From contig NIVC01000385.1 in the NCBI GenBank assembly GCA_002269645.1, positions 124,001 to 188,000 of the forward strand: DNA of 64,000 nucleotides, given 5' to 3'. The notes beneath the pieces were generated by a model. The model was not told the origin of the DNA, searched no databases, and was given only the letters and a program-made list of their open reading frames with translations. This document shows, piece by piece, positions 12,889 through 26,672 of the stretch (its first letter is position 1; the number at the start of each line of letters is the position of its first letter). Made by a program: the position numbers and the translations under genes. This DNA is from Macrostomum lignano. Lineage: Eukaryota.

Positions 12889-13071
12889 AAGGACTACTCA
12901 AGTAGAAGGACGGGAAACTACGGGATGTAAAATTAACATAGAATCCTAACGCAATAACAATTTTTGCGTTGAAAAAATGGAAACCTCTCCGCAATGTATT
13001 TTTTGGTAAAACCTGCCTCGTAAAATTTTCCAAGAAACGTTGCTTTCCGTCGCACTACTTGAGTAGTCCTT
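12889..13071. mobile_element. Short MITE of the same family as 6886-7581
   Basis: TIR AAGGACTACTCAAGTAG at both ends. Shares TAGAAGGACGGGAAAC and AAATTAACATAGAATC with the 6886-7581 copy. Confidence 0.7.
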
Positions 13072-13933
13072 TATTTCCCTCTATAATTGTACTTTTTTCT
13101 TTATGATCCAAGTACAACAGACTGAAAAATGAATTAGTATTATCTTAGTACGAGCTATTGGCAGTAATAAGTTATTAACGTTTATTTACTTCGATGATGA
13201 AGACTGCATGGTTTCTAGGCCGAGGAGCAGCCTCGGGCATAGATACATGTAGTATAATCCCCTAGATGGGCCACTCTATTCAAACAATGTTAAAAATTTG
13301 CCCCGAAAAAGTTAGAAAAAATATTTTAGCCGACCACAGTCGCTTTAAGTCTATGTTCCTCAGTTCAGTAGCTGAGGGACATATAATGTTCAAAATGTCT
13401 ATGGTAATTTACGTTAAGGCAACGACATTCGAGCAATGACCGGTCATTGTTTGAAATTGACAATAAAGCAATTTACCAGGATATCGGGATAAAATTGTCT
13501 ATGGCTGTAAGGGGGGCTTCGCCCCCACACCCCCATTCCCCCTTCCCACTCGGATCCTGATGAACAAATTGAACAATCAAGTTAGCTATCGCCGCTCGTG
13601 TCTTGAATTCTCACTTCCAGACAACCCCCATCTCCTATTACCTGCTCCGGATCAAAACTGTCTGTGCTCACAGCTACCCAAGGAACAAGGTACGTGTGGT
13701 TTTGTTTATCCGTATTGTTGTGCTTTAATATTATTCAAGTAATTACATGTACGCTCGTACAACTAAATTTAATATATACAGCTTTCAGAATGACATGCAC
13801 TATAGTATGCATTGGTATATGCAAAACGTGGCTCTTTTCTACTGTTGGTAAGTTTCTGATGTTGGCTTTTTTTCTTAATATTTTTATTAGTGTTTTAATA
13901 GTTTGAGTAATTGCAGTGCAATTTACATGTAAT

Positions 13934-15250
13934 GCAACAGCAACAACAACAAAATACGCGGTCAGCGTCACAGGGCGAGCTTCAGAGCAAGGTCGAGAAC
14001 GAACGCAACGCCGCCGGCCGAATCTACGGGCGTCGGCGTCTGCTAGCAGTCAGTCGACGAAACGCCGAGTGCGCGCCTGCCCCCGCCGGTGGGGTGCCTG
14101 CAGCGTTAGCAGCAGCACCTCATGGGCAGTACGTCTCGGTGCGGATGATGTGGCCTGCCAGCTGGAGTCACCGACGACGCAACAGGTTGTTTAGACAGAC
14201 TCGGAAGTCTAGTCACCTGCCCGTCAGCGCCTCGGCAGAAAATTACAGCCTTGATGTCGTCCGACACGCAGAGCCCGACGGTCTTCGCGTGTTGACCACC
14301 AGGCCGGCACTCGCCGCAATCATGTTGCGGTCGTGTTGTCGCTGTGCTCCTTCGACAGTTAAGGACAGCGAGGCGAGATCGTCGGCGTAGCCAAGAACGC
14401 TGAGCCGCCTCTCCGGTTGGCGTCGACCCACGCGTCGCCGCAACAGAAAGGCGTCGTCGTTGGTAGGAAGAGCGGTCCGCAGCACCCAGTCAAGCACCAT
14501 AACGAACGGGAACGGCGCAAGCTGTGTATCTCCCTGAAGCACCCCAGAGTATATCTCAAAGAAGTCCGATAGGCCGTCCGATTTTGAAACAGCAGCTTTC
14601 GCATCACGGTACATCGACATGATGGCGGAAATCAGCTGCTCTGGCACGTTGTACGCACGGAGCACCTTTGGAAGCACAGACCTGACGACAGAGTCGAATG
14701 CCTTCTTGAAATCAATTATGATAACAATTAGGATCAATTGGCGTGTCCGCGCCTCTTCGATGACTCGGTGAAGAGCCAGTATCTGCGCCAGTATGCCGCG
14801 ACGAGGCCGAAAGCCATTCTGCTCAGGACGCAGGTACGGATCCAGCACCGGCTGCAACAGCGATAGCCCCGGATCAGCCTTAGACACCTGCAGTGCGATG
14901 ATATCACAGCTTAGGTCGGGCTCTGGCCAGCTTTGCCAGAGCCCCTCTTCGCCAGGCACCCTTGAGCGTGCGGCAGTTCAACGTCCTCGCGTCCCGACCC
15001 AAAGCATGCCCTGTGGAAGGCTGGGGATCGATATGCCTCTTGGCCCTTATGGCGCCACCCAGAAGATTCGTATGGGCCAGCGCAGTAGCAGCCGACGCTC
15101 AACACGCCGACGCTCGTTTTGCTGCCCTCACTTTGTTGCCCTCGCTTGGTCCTGCCGCTTCTGGCCGCCGCAGCAGTTAAGTGCGGCTCACCGTTGTCCT
15201 GACCACGTGGAGGTCGCGGCATTTACTTGCCAATGCAGTGCGAAGTGCCA
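13934..15250 (-). mobile_element. Degenerate, internally deleted RTE-like non-LTR retrotransposon
   Basis: RT motifs EQNGFR, IDFKKAFDSV, GVLQGD, LGYADD in ORF 14243-14959. APE N-terminal remnants TLNCRTLK and DIIALQ. C-terminal LQLAGHIIR. 3' (TTG)n tail at ~13935-13953. Confidence 0.85.
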
Positions 15251-17198
15251 ATGGCAGTGCCAATGAGGTGCCAATGCGAGTGTCAGGGTGCGGAATGTAA
15301 GTCAGAGATGCCAAAATGAGTATCAGGTGGTGCATAATTTAAGTCACAGCAGGTTCCAATGTGAGTGTCACTTGGGTGTACATGTAGGAATGTATAAGTT
15401 GGAGGTGACAAACCAGTGTCAGGGTGCAGAATATGTTTATGAGAGGCGCCATGCACTGCAACGTGAATGTCAATGTGCAAAAATTTACGTCAGAGGCGTC
15501 AAAGTATAGTGCAATTAACACCCTCAAACCCGCTTGGCTGCTCTGCAGCCATCTGCCATCCGCGGAATGCCCGCCGCCACAGTTGTCTGTGGCCAGGACC
15601 AGCGGCACCCTGCAACTCACTCTGCGAAAATCCACTGTTGTTGCAGAGCAGCCATTAAAGAAATAGCACTCATTTTCACACACCTAATTTAGTGAATCTA
15701 CATGTATGGGCTTCTCTGTAGCCAGTGGGTTTTCAAAGAGTGAATGCTGTGGGTGCTTGTGGGAAGACGCAGATGTCTATGGCTGCTCTGCAGCCAACGG
15801 GTTTTCTCAGAGTGAGTGCACAGGCTTGAGGGGCAGAAGTGGTTAAATGAGAGGCCTAGATCCCCGCTGTTGGCAAAAGTAAATGTGTACGATCCACACA
15901 CGCCACCAGAATGACTGCCTGCTGAAGAAATCGCTCAGAGATTGCCAATCCTATCTGTCCATACATGTACCTGCCACAAGTACTGTATGATCGCGGGAAT
16001 GATGTGCATATATGTTATATTGTGCATATAATATGCATGCAGACAGAATTCTCCAAAATTTATTGCTTTAATGGTTCGATAGTGATTCGATAAGCAGCAT
16101 GACGTTTTCTATACCATGCACATAAGTCGTACTGGAAAGTTCTTTCATATCTAATCTAACAGTTATAACCTTTGAACTTTGAGCGCTCCTGCAACTGCAA
16201 ATTAAGATTTGGTGAGCCTTTTTCCTTTAAGATCGGATTTTGTCAAGCTGCAGTTCACTTTAAATCGAGCACCTGTATATGCAATTAGATTTTTGACGGC
16301 AGTTTCTTACACTGCAGCATAGAGGCAGGACCGTCAAGGGTTATTGTGATAGAAGCTTTTGTCACTATGCAGTGACTTCTGGGCATACTTTTCTCACTAA
16401 AAGCATCACACCGCCATCAAAGAAGCTTTCGATTCACACGAATTATGTGCAGAACGATGAAAAATGGCTGTGTACAAAATTAGCTCAATCAATGGCGGTG
16501 TGAAGGAGGGAGGGTTAATAAAAGTATAGCAAAATTTATTAACTCGTAATCAAAGCAACATGAAAACATTTACTATACGCCGTCACGTGATAATATTGGT
16601 CATTTTACTATCAAAACTGTTGGATAACACGTCTGTAGAGTCGGCAGACCAGGGCATGCACAGCGATTGCGAATAGGAATATCAAAGCACCAAAATCGCT
16701 AGCAAAGATCGCACAGACAGAAAACTTCCGAAGACGTCTGTATGCATAGGCTTGAGTTGCGAGTATCCAGCTAGGCATCATTAATATCAATTTGTGGAAT
16801 ATTACCATTCAAATGTAAGCTTGTATTACAATTAACAAACACTTTATAGCCCACATACACTTGGTTTATAGCAAGCAATGTTATACATCTTGATTTTAAT
16901 AGATTTTTCAATTTGCAGACAAAAAGCTACAGCCAAAAGAAAAGAGCCCAAAGAAGCTCTACGATAAGGAACCTACAGCGTTAAAGTCGAATCAGTTTAA
17001 AAAATTCGATACATTCCATGCGATGTGACCGAATCACACCATCAGTATCATAGACACGATCAGAAACATATAGCTGGGCATAAGTTTGTAGTTCGGAAAC
17101 GTAATTAGATATTTCAGATACGCAATCACCCGACACTAATCAGATGCCACATTATTCAAAATGGCACCTTTGTAGCTCGTAAGCCTCGCGGCAGGCCT

Positions 17199-18355
17199 TC
17201 AGCTCTTCACAGACATGGCGGCTGCAAGCAGCTCTCTGCTGATGATGAGGCGCTGAATCTGTGAAGTGCCCTCATAGATCTGGAAGATCTTAGCATCGCG
17301 CATGAGCTTCTCAACCGGGTACTCCTTGTTGTAGCCGTTGCCGCCGAACACCTGCACAGCATCGGAGGCAGACTTGTTAGCCACGTCGGAGGCGAACGCT
17401 TTTGCCACGCTGGCATAGTAGGTGTTGCGCCGGCCGCAGTCGGCCTCGTAGGCCGCGCGCCACACAGCGAGTCGAGCCGTCTCCAGCCCGATGGCCATGT
17501 CCGCGAGCAGAAAAGCCACAGCCTGGTGCTGGGCGATGGGCACTCCCATGGTCTTGCGCTGCATGGCATATTGCGTAGCTTCATGCAGAGCGCGCTTCGC
17601 AATACCCACGGCGCCGGCACCAACTGGAGCGCGAGTCTTATCGAAAGCACCCATGGCGATCTTGAAACCCATGCCTGGCGTGCCAAGGACATTTTTGGCT
17701 GGGACCACCACATCCTCGAAAGTGATTCCGCGAGTGTCTGAGGCCCGCTGGCCAAGGTTGTCCTCCTTGCGGCCGGGATTCACACCGGGAGTGTCCCGGT
17801 CGACGACGAACCCGGTGAAAGCTTTGCCAGCTGGAGTCTTCGGGTCGGGGTCGCTTCTGGCTAGGACAAAATACCAATTAGCCACTCCGCCATTGGTGAT
17901 CCACATCTTTTGGCCATTGATCACCCAATCATCGCCTTTGCGCACAGCTGTAGTTTTAATCCCGGCTACATCGCTGCCAGCGCCAGGCTCAGTGACAGCA
18001 TAGGCGCACATCAATGGCTCATCTATAAGCCTCCCAAGGTACTCTTTCTGCTGTTCTTTAGTGCCAAACATGAGCAAAGGGCTGGCGCCCAGTCCATTGC
18101 CAAGAATGGCAGTCTGAATTCCAGAGCAACCGAAAGAGAATTCCTCAGTAGCTAGGCACTCATCAAAGACACCCAATTCAAGCCCGCCGAGCCACTTGGG
18201 CAGACTAAGATTCATCAGGCCAAGTGAGTGTGCCTTGCGAATTACTGGCCATGGATACTCGCCAGAGACATCGTACTGTGCCGCCACTGGTAGAATTTCA
18301 TCTGCAGTAAACTTTCGCGCCAGCTCCTGCAAGGACTGCTGTTCTTCAGAAAGCT
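17199..18355 (-). CDS. ACADM: Medium-chain acyl-CoA dehydrogenase, exon 2
   Basis: [63 protein letters not shown] (catalytic Glu in the MCAD position). Acceptor tttgtag|AG at 18355. Confidence 0.95.
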
Positions 18356-19011
18356 CTACAAATTTTGGGTGGTTGAGAATACTTAGACAGGTGATAGTTT
18401 CACGAGGCAGACATGAAAAAATACTGTATTTCACAAACTGACACATTGCTTCAACAATGTTTCAGAGCACACATGCATTGTATATACACATTTAGGGCTT
18501 TATTATAATGCATGACACATTGAGACAATATAGCTAATCCTTTTCCTTCTTTTCAGATAATATTATAAAGGTTAAAAATCAATTAGCATCGAGGCTTGAC
18601 AACCTTCGAGTGTACCAAAGATCAATTCACTTAAGCACTACGAGCTATTTTATATATAAACAGCTAGGTAATGCAATGGTTAGAATAGAGATTTCAAAAT
18701 CTTAGAAACTTTACTATTAAGTTAATATGGGTTATAATTCCTATTGGAGCAGCGGAAAATTCGAATCAATCTTAATTTTAAAGGAGTTCGATCTTGGCTT
18801 AGCTTAGAAAATTGCACCTATCATCTAGCATACAATTTTTCTTCAATTATATACACAATACATTTAGACAGTTAGACTAGAGTTAGACTTATAGACTTAT
18901 ATGTAAACTTATTAAAGTTTACAGAAGCATATGTAATCAATACAATAAGAGCCTAATCATGTAAGCTCTCAGACAGGCACTAATATAAAAATACGAGTAT
19001 ATAACGCTTAC

Positions 19012-19111
19012 TAAATGAAATTCCACCAACAAGTTCTGTAGGCGCAGAACAAAGGCGAGCGCGAGAAGCGCTGCCAACCAATTGAACTGATTTTAAGACG
19101 CCGTTTAACAT
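19012..19111 (-). CDS. ACADM: Medium-chain acyl-CoA dehydrogenase, exon 1 (mitochondrial presequence)
   Basis: MLNGVLKSVQLVGSASRARLCSAPTELVGGISF plus a phase-1 donor A|GTAAGC joins to give GISFKLSEEQQ, matching the MCAD GFSFE.TEQQ region. Total 418 aa. Confidence 0.8.
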
Positions 19112-19532
19112 TCTCAAAAGGGAAGCAGATTAGCCTAATGCGAACTGATAGAAGGGGAAATTTAAAGTAGTTCGTAAAGGAAGCGGAAGGCTGAAGCCGA
19201 TGCACTATGCCTAAACAATTCTTAGTGGAATATAAAATGAGTATTAATTATTTTGTAGAAACTTCATATATTAAAAATGATTGTTTACAAAACTCGTATA
19301 ACAAACGTATCAAATAAAATATTCCATCAGATGTGTAAATGCAAGGAAATTATCTGTTTCCCGTCCTACAGCTTTTTAAAAATCTGTGCAATAAAATTTT
19401 TCAGAGTTTTCAAAAAAATATCTAAGTCAGATATTAATTTCCTTAATCTAAGAATAATTAGATTAAAATAATTCTTTTCATAAATCACAATGAATGCCAA
19501 AAATATCATTTCTCAGTGGTAGCCATAGGCCT

Positions 19533-20244
19533 GGTCGACGGTCGTTTCGTCTGCTGCCAGTTCGTCTGCCATTCTTTCGTCTGCAAAAATATGATGCAGT
19601 CATTTCGTCTGCCACAAAATATTAAGACATATTACGACACCACCAGTACATATAATACTAAAAATATCTGTATATCTTAAAAAAGTACTTATATATAGTG
19701 AAGATAATGAATTAATTACGTTAGAAGCACAAGCGTACGATTTAAAAAAATATTTTCCTAAGGGACCCATAGTATAGGCCTACATGTACACTAGGCCAAA
19801 CTTTTTGTTTGTTATATGAATTTTGTCAGCTGAATATAATTGTTCACAATGAAAATGAATCATCATTGGATGGTGTCATAACAATGGCCACATTGCTCAT
19901 AACAGCCGGCTGATCATATTCAACAGCAAACTCTGTCTCGGCCTTCAATATTCATGATTGCAGCTCCATCCAATGGCATCCATCCATCCATCCATAATAA
20001 TTTCTTTTTTCAATGGATGTTTAAAATTGATATCATATTTCTTTAAAATATTGCAATAAAGAAAATTAGGCCTATGCTTAGAAAAACTGACAGCCCACTT
20101 TAACTTTTTTTGCATGACTCGCAATATTTAATTGTGAAAAATAAGCTTTGTTAGCTATGTAGAGCTCTATACCTTAACTTTTAAAAAAAAAGTCATTCTG
20201 TCTGCCGGCAGATGAAAAGGTGGCAGACAAAATGACCACGCACC
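19533..20244. mobile_element. MITE-like element with repeated subterminal TTCGTCTGCC motifs
   Basis: GGTCGTTTCGTCTGC at the left end is mirrored by GCAGACAAAATGACC at the right end. The motif is reiterated 4-5 times near the left end and about 2 times near the right. Confidence 0.5.
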
Positions 20245-22989
20245 ATAGCCAGGCCTATTCAAGATCACTTTATAAGATTGCTTGTCACAGACAGTGTAAC
20301 ATTTTTATGACAAAGTTACAAAAATGTGATTTTTGCAACTAGTCTTATCAATTAAAAAAATTCTTAGAGAATTTTGATAGAAACAAAAAAGTTTATTTTA
20401 GGTCTAGCTTATAATTTATTTAGGCCTAATTTAATCATGAAACTAACAAAAAGATATTAATAGGGCCTAGGCCTATTTCAAAAGATTTCAAAAAATTTTT
20501 GATCAAAAAAATCAAAATCAAAAAATCAAAAAACAAAATTTCAAGATATTAATAAGTTGGTGATAAGATTAGATCTTGCTATATATAGGGCCTAGGCCAA
20601 TTCTTGTTGTTGTAATTTGTAACTTCTTTTTGCAGATTCTCAACTTTTACTATTTAATATTTTTGATTGTAGTAGGCATATTTCCTTTGTCTATTTATTT
20701 AAATATCCTATAAGCTGCCACCAAAGTTGTCATAGAGGAAACTTCTATTCTATAATTAATTCCATTGTTATGTCACCAAGTTGTACTAAATCCTATTGTC
20801 CTATTAATTCTAAGTTGTAGTAATATTCCGGTAGCATTCTAGAATCTAGTAATGTTCTTAATAGCATTCTGGTAGCATTTTTATACTGTGGCCTGAGTGG
20901 TCTTATTGATATATGTACTTTGTTTCCTGTCTGGGCATTATTGAGATTAGAGACTAGAGAGTCATGGCGCTTACTCTTAGTACTCCCTATGCATGAGTTC
21001 CCAACTTCTTTCAACCTTCTAGCAAGTTTCTTTACAACACTCTTAGAATCTCTTACTCGTAAAATGATTAATGCTTTGAAGATTTGAGAATGAGTTTATT
21101 GAACACATTTTGAGCTTATAACTAACAAATGAGTGAAAACACAAGTTGCTCTTCTCTCCTTAAACCTTGCTCGTATTTCTACTATGCTGATTGCATATAT
21201 TTAACCAAACCTTGAATATTAAAAATATTTTGCAAATTAAAACAAACATAATTTTTTGCATACTTTTAGAACTAAGGTTTCTAACAAATATTGATCTCTT
21301 CTATACGATTTAGGTAAAAAAAGGCCTATCAACCATGATAGGCCTAGTCAAGAAAATGGCCTTTTTGCTTGAAAATTCCAGTGTATATTGGCCTAGCCAC
21401 CATTTTTTTAGTGTATATTCAGTGTGTATAGCATGCATATGCTGTATATGATATGCATGTGTATATATTGTATATATAGTGTATATAATGATGCTACAAT
21501 GTATACATTGGTGCTGTGCTATGGCATATATACAATATTAGCATATGCCACAAAAATGAAATATATATTTTCATTAAAATATTTTCATTTTAAAAAATGT
21601 TGTTTCGTAATTGCTAGTAATATATTCTTTATGATGTATTTTAGTTTAAAAATGGTATGATTTGTTTTTTTTGTAGGCCTACCATGTTTTTTAATGTAAA
21701 AAATGACATTTCTTATTGCATTAGATGCATAATGTAGATAGATATCGCCTAGATATCGTCATGTATTTGGTATTCAGAAAATTGCATACACAAATTAAAT
21801 ATACATTTGGTATATTAAGGCTGCTTCCCAAAGGGCCTATCAACTTAAGCTTATAAAGTAGAGCCCAAGTAATCTATGTATATAAATAATACATTATTGT
21901 GCTCACAATGACACCAGAAAACTGAATTTGTACAATGACAAAAATAGACTGACTACTATGGCCTATCAATTAAAAGAAAATTCACATTGTCCTTGGAACT
22001 TGGCTTGATTTATCCTGTCTTGAATTTATAAGTGACTATTTCAAGGCAATTCTATTTTGATATAGCTATTCTCAATACTAAAAAATTCTTTGGTCTTCCA
22101 TTTTTTCTTTGAAACTAAGCTTTGAATTAGAATTGAGATATAGAATTATAAAATAGGGAGAGGGGTTGGGGCATATTTTAATCATGAGTAGGAGCACTAT
22201 ACAGTGTTGCCACCACTGGGATTTTTTATCGCTCAGCAATTTTTAATGCCCTTTTTTTAATCACTGAGTGATAATTTTGTCCATTTTGCTCATTTCCTGC
22301 AATTTTTTGTGGACACCAGTCCTTTCAATTTTTTATCAAGTACTGTGTTTCATTTTGTGCTAAATTTAAGTGTCATGAATGTCATCAATATAGCGTGAGG
22401 CTGTGCAAGCCTCCGGTTTTGAAGCTTGGCGAAAGGAGATTGAGCATGCTGCAGTTGAGCGAGCACTGAAGAAAGCTGCTGATGAAATGGCTCGGTGAAA
22501 GAGACAGGCAGAGTTTGACGCTCAATCTGTCCTGCCAAAGGTTCCAAAGAAAAAATGAACATCCACTGATGAGCCTGCAGTTTTGCCTGACTAACATTTG
22601 ACTAGCCAAACAAAGATTCACATAAAAGTATTTCTTCCCCTACAGTTACCGACATTGATAAACAATAAAAACATTAAAAGAATTCATTTCAGCTATATAG
22701 AATTGAGAACAGATTCAGACAACTGGAATATGCACAAAATTTAGTTGTAAAATATAACATTGACAACTGCAAAATTCTATGTCAATAAGATTGTCATTAA
22801 CTTAATCAATGCAAGAAATTCGTGGGTAACAATGTGGAAATTTGCGGGCACTATGTTAGAGATAGGCAGAAAGTTGAGAAAGTCTATGGTCAAAGGCTAT
22901 TTTTTTTGGTGGATGGGCAAATCTTTGTGCCATAGACTAAACACTCAGATTAATTGAGAGAACGGGGCTATGGAGCCGCATTTTGAAGC

Positions 22990-23830
22990 AACAATTCTAG
23001 AAAGTTCTGTCTGTCTAATCAACTACTAAGAATTTTGAACTATGCAAATCTGCCCAACCAACTTATCAGTGGTCTGTCAATAGAGGAGTTGAATTGGGTG
23101 TCGTCAGAGTCAGCAACCCGCTATTTGAAAGAATTGAGTGGCAAGTTTGCTTGACAACTAGATGCTAAAGAGATTCAGGACCTAAGCAAAGATGCGCTTG
23201 AGGAACTTAAAGAAATTGAATGAGAAGGAATCCCAAAGTCCTCTGAAAGACAGATGGCAGATGCTGTGAGGAGGTTTCAAACGTTTTTGACTGATAAGCA
23301 ATTGTCATCAGATCTGATGCGAGTACCTCCTACTATTTTGAACAACTATCTGCGTTTCTTCTATTCAACGCTAAGGACCCAGGATGGCCTGTTCTATGCG
23401 CCTCCAACACTGATTTGCATTCAAGCCAGACTCTGTAAGTTCTTCAATCTCAACTGTCCAGGAGTAAACATTATCGGAGATCCCGTGTTTACCGCTGCCA
23501 ATCAGATGCTAGTTTCCATGGTCCAAAAATAGAAGCGTGCAAACCAGCCAAAGGTCCGAGACGAGTTCGCTGCCATTGAGAAGAACAATCTGGTCAAAAT
23601 CATGGCCTACTTTGATCAGACAAATGGTGCAGTACTGCAGCAGGAGGTAATATTCCACCTAATTTAATAATTCAGACTATGTGGACGAGAGACGCTCCCT
23701 TTGCTAGACAAAGCAAGCTTTGTTTTTCAAAAGGACTCGGAAGGCAGAGAGTATGTCACTCTAAACCATGAAATTATCAGCAAGAATTCAAAGGCTTCGT
23801 TAAAACCCAGCAAGTTCCAGGATGCCAAGA
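22990..23830 (+). pseudogene. Crypton-type tyrosine recombinase (DUF3504-like) relic
   Basis: One frame with several in-frame stops: IPKSSERQMADAVRRF...LNNYLRFFYSTLRTQDGLFY...NIIGDPVF...LQQEVIFH...CGRE...DSEGREYV...KN...ARMY, which is the Crypton/KCTD1-QRICH1-ZMYM pattern. The C-terminal catalytic part is absent. Confidence 0.75.
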
Positions 23831-24527
23831 AGGCGCGCATGTATGATAGGTACAAAATTATAAAAGTACGAAAGCATAAAAGAAAACTAAATCATAATAA
23901 TCCTATAAAAGTATAATTTCTTTTGAAATATAAGAGTGTACTTGGTTGGAACTTGTTTTACCATAGACTACAAAAATCCGAGATGAAATTTCATTTATTG
24001 ATACCCCGAAAAGGGACACTTGAGCTAAGAAAAGTTAATGGTAGATTAAATCTATGGTTACAGACTTGGATAATGATCACAGTCACGAGTGATCATTATA
24101 TGGTAATGATCAGATAAACTTCTGATCATTATTTAATTCTGAAACCATAGACATAATCGCATTATCATATAGACTAGCATTTTCAGTTGATCATTATGCA
24201 ATGCCATTAAGCCACGCCATGAAGTAATGCTGCAGTCTTTGTGCCATAGATATTGGCTCGGCAGTGAGCAGGGTCAAAGGACACAGCTCCCTTGCGGGAG
24301 TGTGTGGGCAGAGCCCCCAATAATCGGACCATAGACAATTTTTTAGAATACAGTTCTCTAAAAGAAAAGCTTGACCATGAAGTCTGTTAGGAAGTTAAGA
24401 ACTAGAAGTAAGAAGTGAGAGAAATCAAATTAAAAATGCCTCTTATCAACTGAAAAAATCTACTGGTCGACAGTTTAGATGGTGAGTTTTCTGAGATTTT
24501 CTAGATTTTCTGAGTGAACTGAGTGCC

Positions 24528-24850
24528 ATGAACTACAGTTCCAATGAAATTCTTGGAGATTTTATTGACTACCTGTCTAAAATCAAGACGGCTGATGAGG
24601 CTGCTACAGTTTCTAGTGTTGAGCTTCCAGAACTATCTGATTTACCCAGTGCGATGGATTTTGTTGAACTGGAATCACTGCCAAGCACTACACGAGAACA
24701 CATTTTTCTGTATGGCAAAATGTTCGTGGAGTTTTTAAAGAAGCATGGTGCTATGGATGTGAGCGTGATCATTGACAGTCGCTTGGCTGAATTTTTAAGG
24801 TTCTTTTACTTCTATCTAAAAAAATCTGACGGCAGTTGCTATTTGCCAGT
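24528..24850 (+). pseudogene. Second Crypton-like N-terminal (core-binding) fragment
   Basis: LAEFLRFFYFYLKKSDGSCYLP parallels LNNYLRFFYSTLRTQDGLFYAP of the upstream relic. Confidence 0.55.
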
Positions 24851-26610
24851 TTGCTTTGCTATATCCTTGATCTGTTTCCTGTTAAAGTTGTTGCTTAAAT
24901 TAATAAAACAGTGAATTTCTTGCTCATAATCTATGGCAATTTATTGTGACTTAGCTCATAACAGCTTCATTAAAAATGCATTAAAAAACAATAGTCTATA
25001 TGATAATAACAATTGTTGTTACTCATCAGCAGTTGTAGCATCTTGTGTTTTAGTTGGTTGCTCTGGTCGGTTCCATAATGAACATCAGTAATCTATATTA
25101 TATGTATGCCTGTCTTCCCTTAAATGCTTGTGTTGTATGACTACTTCACTGATTCAATGTAAATGAGAGTTGCATGCAGTTATTGCAAATTGTATTAGTA
25201 AGTTCTTTTTGGTCAAATAGAAGATGGAATTAGAAATGGAAAGCTAAAAAAGAAAGTTGTTTTCACATACTGGTGCCTTTTTCTCTATGACAAATAAGAA
25301 ATTTGTTCCTGCGATTTTTTTCTTATCCTGCAATAATTTCTTTGGTTGTTGTAGTGGCAACACTGACTACTATAAAGGGGCACAATACTAAGCTAAATGA
25401 GGGAAGTAAAGACTTTTTAAGTTTTTAGGGCAAAGGAAAAGGGCCTATCAATGGCTATCATTGCCAATGACAAAGGAAGGCAACTAGACCTTCCCCTAAA
25501 TCTGTTACTAAAAATGTTAACATTTGTTTTTGCCATTAATCCATTAGTGTTATTTTCTTTTTATTTCTAAAGAATTCATAATAATGGATTTTAGTTAATA
25601 GTAGTTTTGTCTATTGCCAGTTTATCTAAAACTTGTTTGCTAAAATTTAATGTAGGACCTAGTCATTTTGTTTGCCATAAAATATTAAGTATAATATTAG
25701 CATTATGAGTTTAATGAGATAGTAATAAAATAATTATTTTTACTTGTTGGATTTATAGATTAATGGTAATTACTTTGATCTTTATTATTAAGTTGATGTT
25801 TAAGCATGATTTCAATAGGTTAAAAATTAAATAGCTTTGAAAATAAAGAGTCTATAAAATAGGTTTCTAGGCTTACCTATAAACTAAGCTAACATAAACA
25901 ATATTATTCAATTAAAAATGTCTTTAAAAATCGTATCTTGAAATAAAGCCTACCCTATCATATTTTAGACTAACACTAGCAATCTACGCCCCCCGTTGGG
26001 GAGCCAAAGAAATGCAATACATGTTTTTTTAATAAGCTACATGTAGCCTTGAAATCTTAAAAAATCTCCTGTCAAACTTCTAACCCTAACCAAAACCCTA
26101 AATTCAATATTTTGTCCAAGAGTTTTTGCATGATCGATGCTTCTATGATTTTTGGCATGACGCTTCCATTGTTTTTGCATGACGCTTCCATTATTTTTGC
26201 ATGATGCTTCCATGATAAACATTTTTAATAAGGTACATGAGCTAAGTTATAAGCTACCTTAACCCTAACCCTAACCCAAATCTTAACATAATAACCCTGA
26301 ACCTAACCTTAAACCTAAACCCTAATACCAACCCTAACACTAACCCTACAGCCTGACATCTGCATAAGTTTGTGAAGTACTAGTAGTAGTTTTTTTTAGC
26401 TTAGTATCTTAGCGTTAGGGAGCCAAAAATGCAGTACAAGTTTTGTAATAAACTACATGTAGCATCTCTTTGCAATATACCTCAGAAGTCCCTTGTAAGC
26501 CTTGAAATGTCAGTAATTCCCCCACAAGCTTTAACAAATCAACTTCCCCCCTTGACATCTCAGCGATGCCCCCAAAAAGCCTTGAAATCTAAAAAAAATC
26601 TGTCAACCTT

Positions 26611-26672
26611 CTAACCCTAACCCTAACCCTAGCCTAACCCTAACCCTAACCCTAACCCTAACCTAACCCTAA
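26611..26672. repeat. Interstitial telomere-like (CCCTAA)n tract; degenerate copies at ~26260-26348 and ~27040-27085
   Basis: About 10 CCCTAA-type units inside Helitron copy A. Confidence 0.85.

Noticed and set aside
18356-18446. N-terminal MCQFVKYS... extension of the ACADM ORF
   Set aside because: It is intronic; the exon at 19012-19111 gives a better presequence and a phase-compatible join.
26611-26672. True telomere or chromosome end
   Set aside because: The tracts are short, degenerate, internal and duplicated along with the Helitron unit.
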